Part shown: one piece after another, positions 62,633-64,000 of the stretch | Layout of the letters: every line of letters starts with the position of its first letter | Position numbering within the stretch: position 1 is the first letter of the stretch | Assembly: GCA_977862235.1 (NCBI GenBank) | Contig: OZ374562.1 | Coordinates: 2,356,001 to 2,420,000, forward strand | Direction of reading: 5' to 3' | DNA: 64,000 nt | Source of the DNA: Dudresnaya verticillata | Taxonomy: Eukaryota | Translations under genes and position numbers: made by a program | Notes under the pieces: generated by a model | What the model was told of the DNA's origin: nothing | The model's input: only the letters and a program-made list of their open reading frames with translations | The model's database searches: none

Positions 62633-64000
62633 GTCGGCGGGGCTTTGTTGCTCCGGCTTGCCTCGGTGGGGAGGTGGAGACGTTTTAGAGACTTTGGGGG
62701 CTTGTGTTTGCCTGCGTTTGTCACCTGGTAGGATATTTGTAGGTCGGGGCCGCATTACGGTGATCCGTGCGTGCCCGGTGGCATGTTCTGGCTGTCGCCA
62801 GCAACAACGACGATCAAGTGCGTGAAGCCGACGTGAACGAATTCGGGTGCCATTCTGTGGGGTTCGCCAATCAAAACGGAGTCAAGGCGTCGAGTTCAAG
62901 CGGTCGCAATGAATTTGCCTTCTGCCAACGCGTTCAAGATAAGATATCAGCGGCACTTCCTGCGCAGCTGCTTCGAGCGCGGGCTCGGACCGCATGCCGT
63001 AGAGCCAACTCAGTTCATGGACTGGTAAGGCTCGGGGGCCGTCGCGCTATTATCGCTACTGTCACAACTGTTGACAAGCACGAGGCCGACGACGCCGAAC
63101 TCAAAGAGGACGTTCTTCGAACGCGGTCACATTGTTCGAAGGCAGCCAGCGACCCACAGCAGCTTGAGTAGAGCGCGACATCGCGAAGCTCGCCAGCATC
63201 GAGAGCATTCAAGACCAAGACTCACTGCTTTCCGCAGTTGACTTTGCAAGAAGCAAAGCACGTCCACACATCGCGCCACGACCGTTCCGCGACGCGCGCG
63301 CAACCCTACCGCTTCGTCCAACGCTTCGTCCAACGCGCAGCGCAGTTACACACAGATTCGCCGACGCGCTCGCCCGCTGTCTGCGCGCCGCGCACTTCTT
63401 CGCCGTGATCGCACAGCAGCGCTTAGCGCAACCAAAGGCTCCAACGCCGACCCGTCCGGCGCGGCACGTCTCGCGGCACGTCGCCGCCGCCCAACACCGC
63501 GCCCGCAGCGCCAGGCGCCTTCGCGCCAGCATCTTGACGCCGCCGCGCGACGGCGGCAGCGTCGCCGCGCCCAGCGCGCGCGCGCGCCAACCGCCATCGC
63601 GCGCGCGCCGGGGCGCAACGGCAGCTCCCGTCGGTCGCAACGCGGCGCTCCGCCACGCCCCGCGCGGCGGTTTTGGTCTTCTCCGCGCTCGCCTCGGCCG
63701 CGCCGGGCGCTGTTGTCCGAACACAGCGCAAAACCGCACGGCGCGCCGCCGCGCCGCGGCTTCATGCGCGCCGCGGCGCGTGCAGCGACCACGGGCAGAG
63801 CAGCGCGTTGATCGCGCGGGTGGCTGCTCCAGCCGCGCTTGCACTCGCGCTTGCACTCGCGGCACGTCGCCGCGGCAGAGACGCAAGGCCGCCCGCGACT
63901 GACTGTCCGCCGTGCTTTGTGTGTAATGTGACGGCAGTGCGCGCTGCGAGCGGCAAATGTGGTGTTGGCGAAGCGCAAAAGTGGGGACCAACCAGCGCGG

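Noticed and set aside
62767..64000. Long overlapping ORFs in the GC-rich right end
   Set aside because: Arg/Ala-rich ORFs in several frames are expected from stop-codon depletion at very high GC. No domain was recognised.

Overview
This is eukaryotic, repeat-saturated DNA. The transposon flavours and short GTACG/GTAAG...CTAAC...AG introns suggest a florideophyte red alga, which is inference only. About 55 kb is a nest of mobile elements: two decayed PIF/Harbinger elements, a tyrosine-recombinase (DIRS/Ngaro-like) retroelement split by a solo LTR and a complete chromodomain Gypsy, a pogo-type element with TIRs and TA TSD, a 3' fragment of an RLE non-LTR element, a Copia element carrying a nested near-intact 11.8-kb Gypsy, and many solo LTRs. 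The only clear host genes are two spliced, secreted multi-Kunitz/BPTI protease-inhibitor genes near the right end. The main lead is that two divergent LTR retrotransposons each carry an extra antisense ORF next to the 3' LTR. The two proteins share motifs (LLGV...NAxW...W...G[FM][LI]VP[YW]PxxE), and each element is studded with its own over-represented 8-mer (palindromic GGAATTCC in ordered triads versus strand-biased GCAGCGGC). This architecture recalls the sequence-specific VANC/VANDAL anti-silencing system. All counts and alignments were done by eye.
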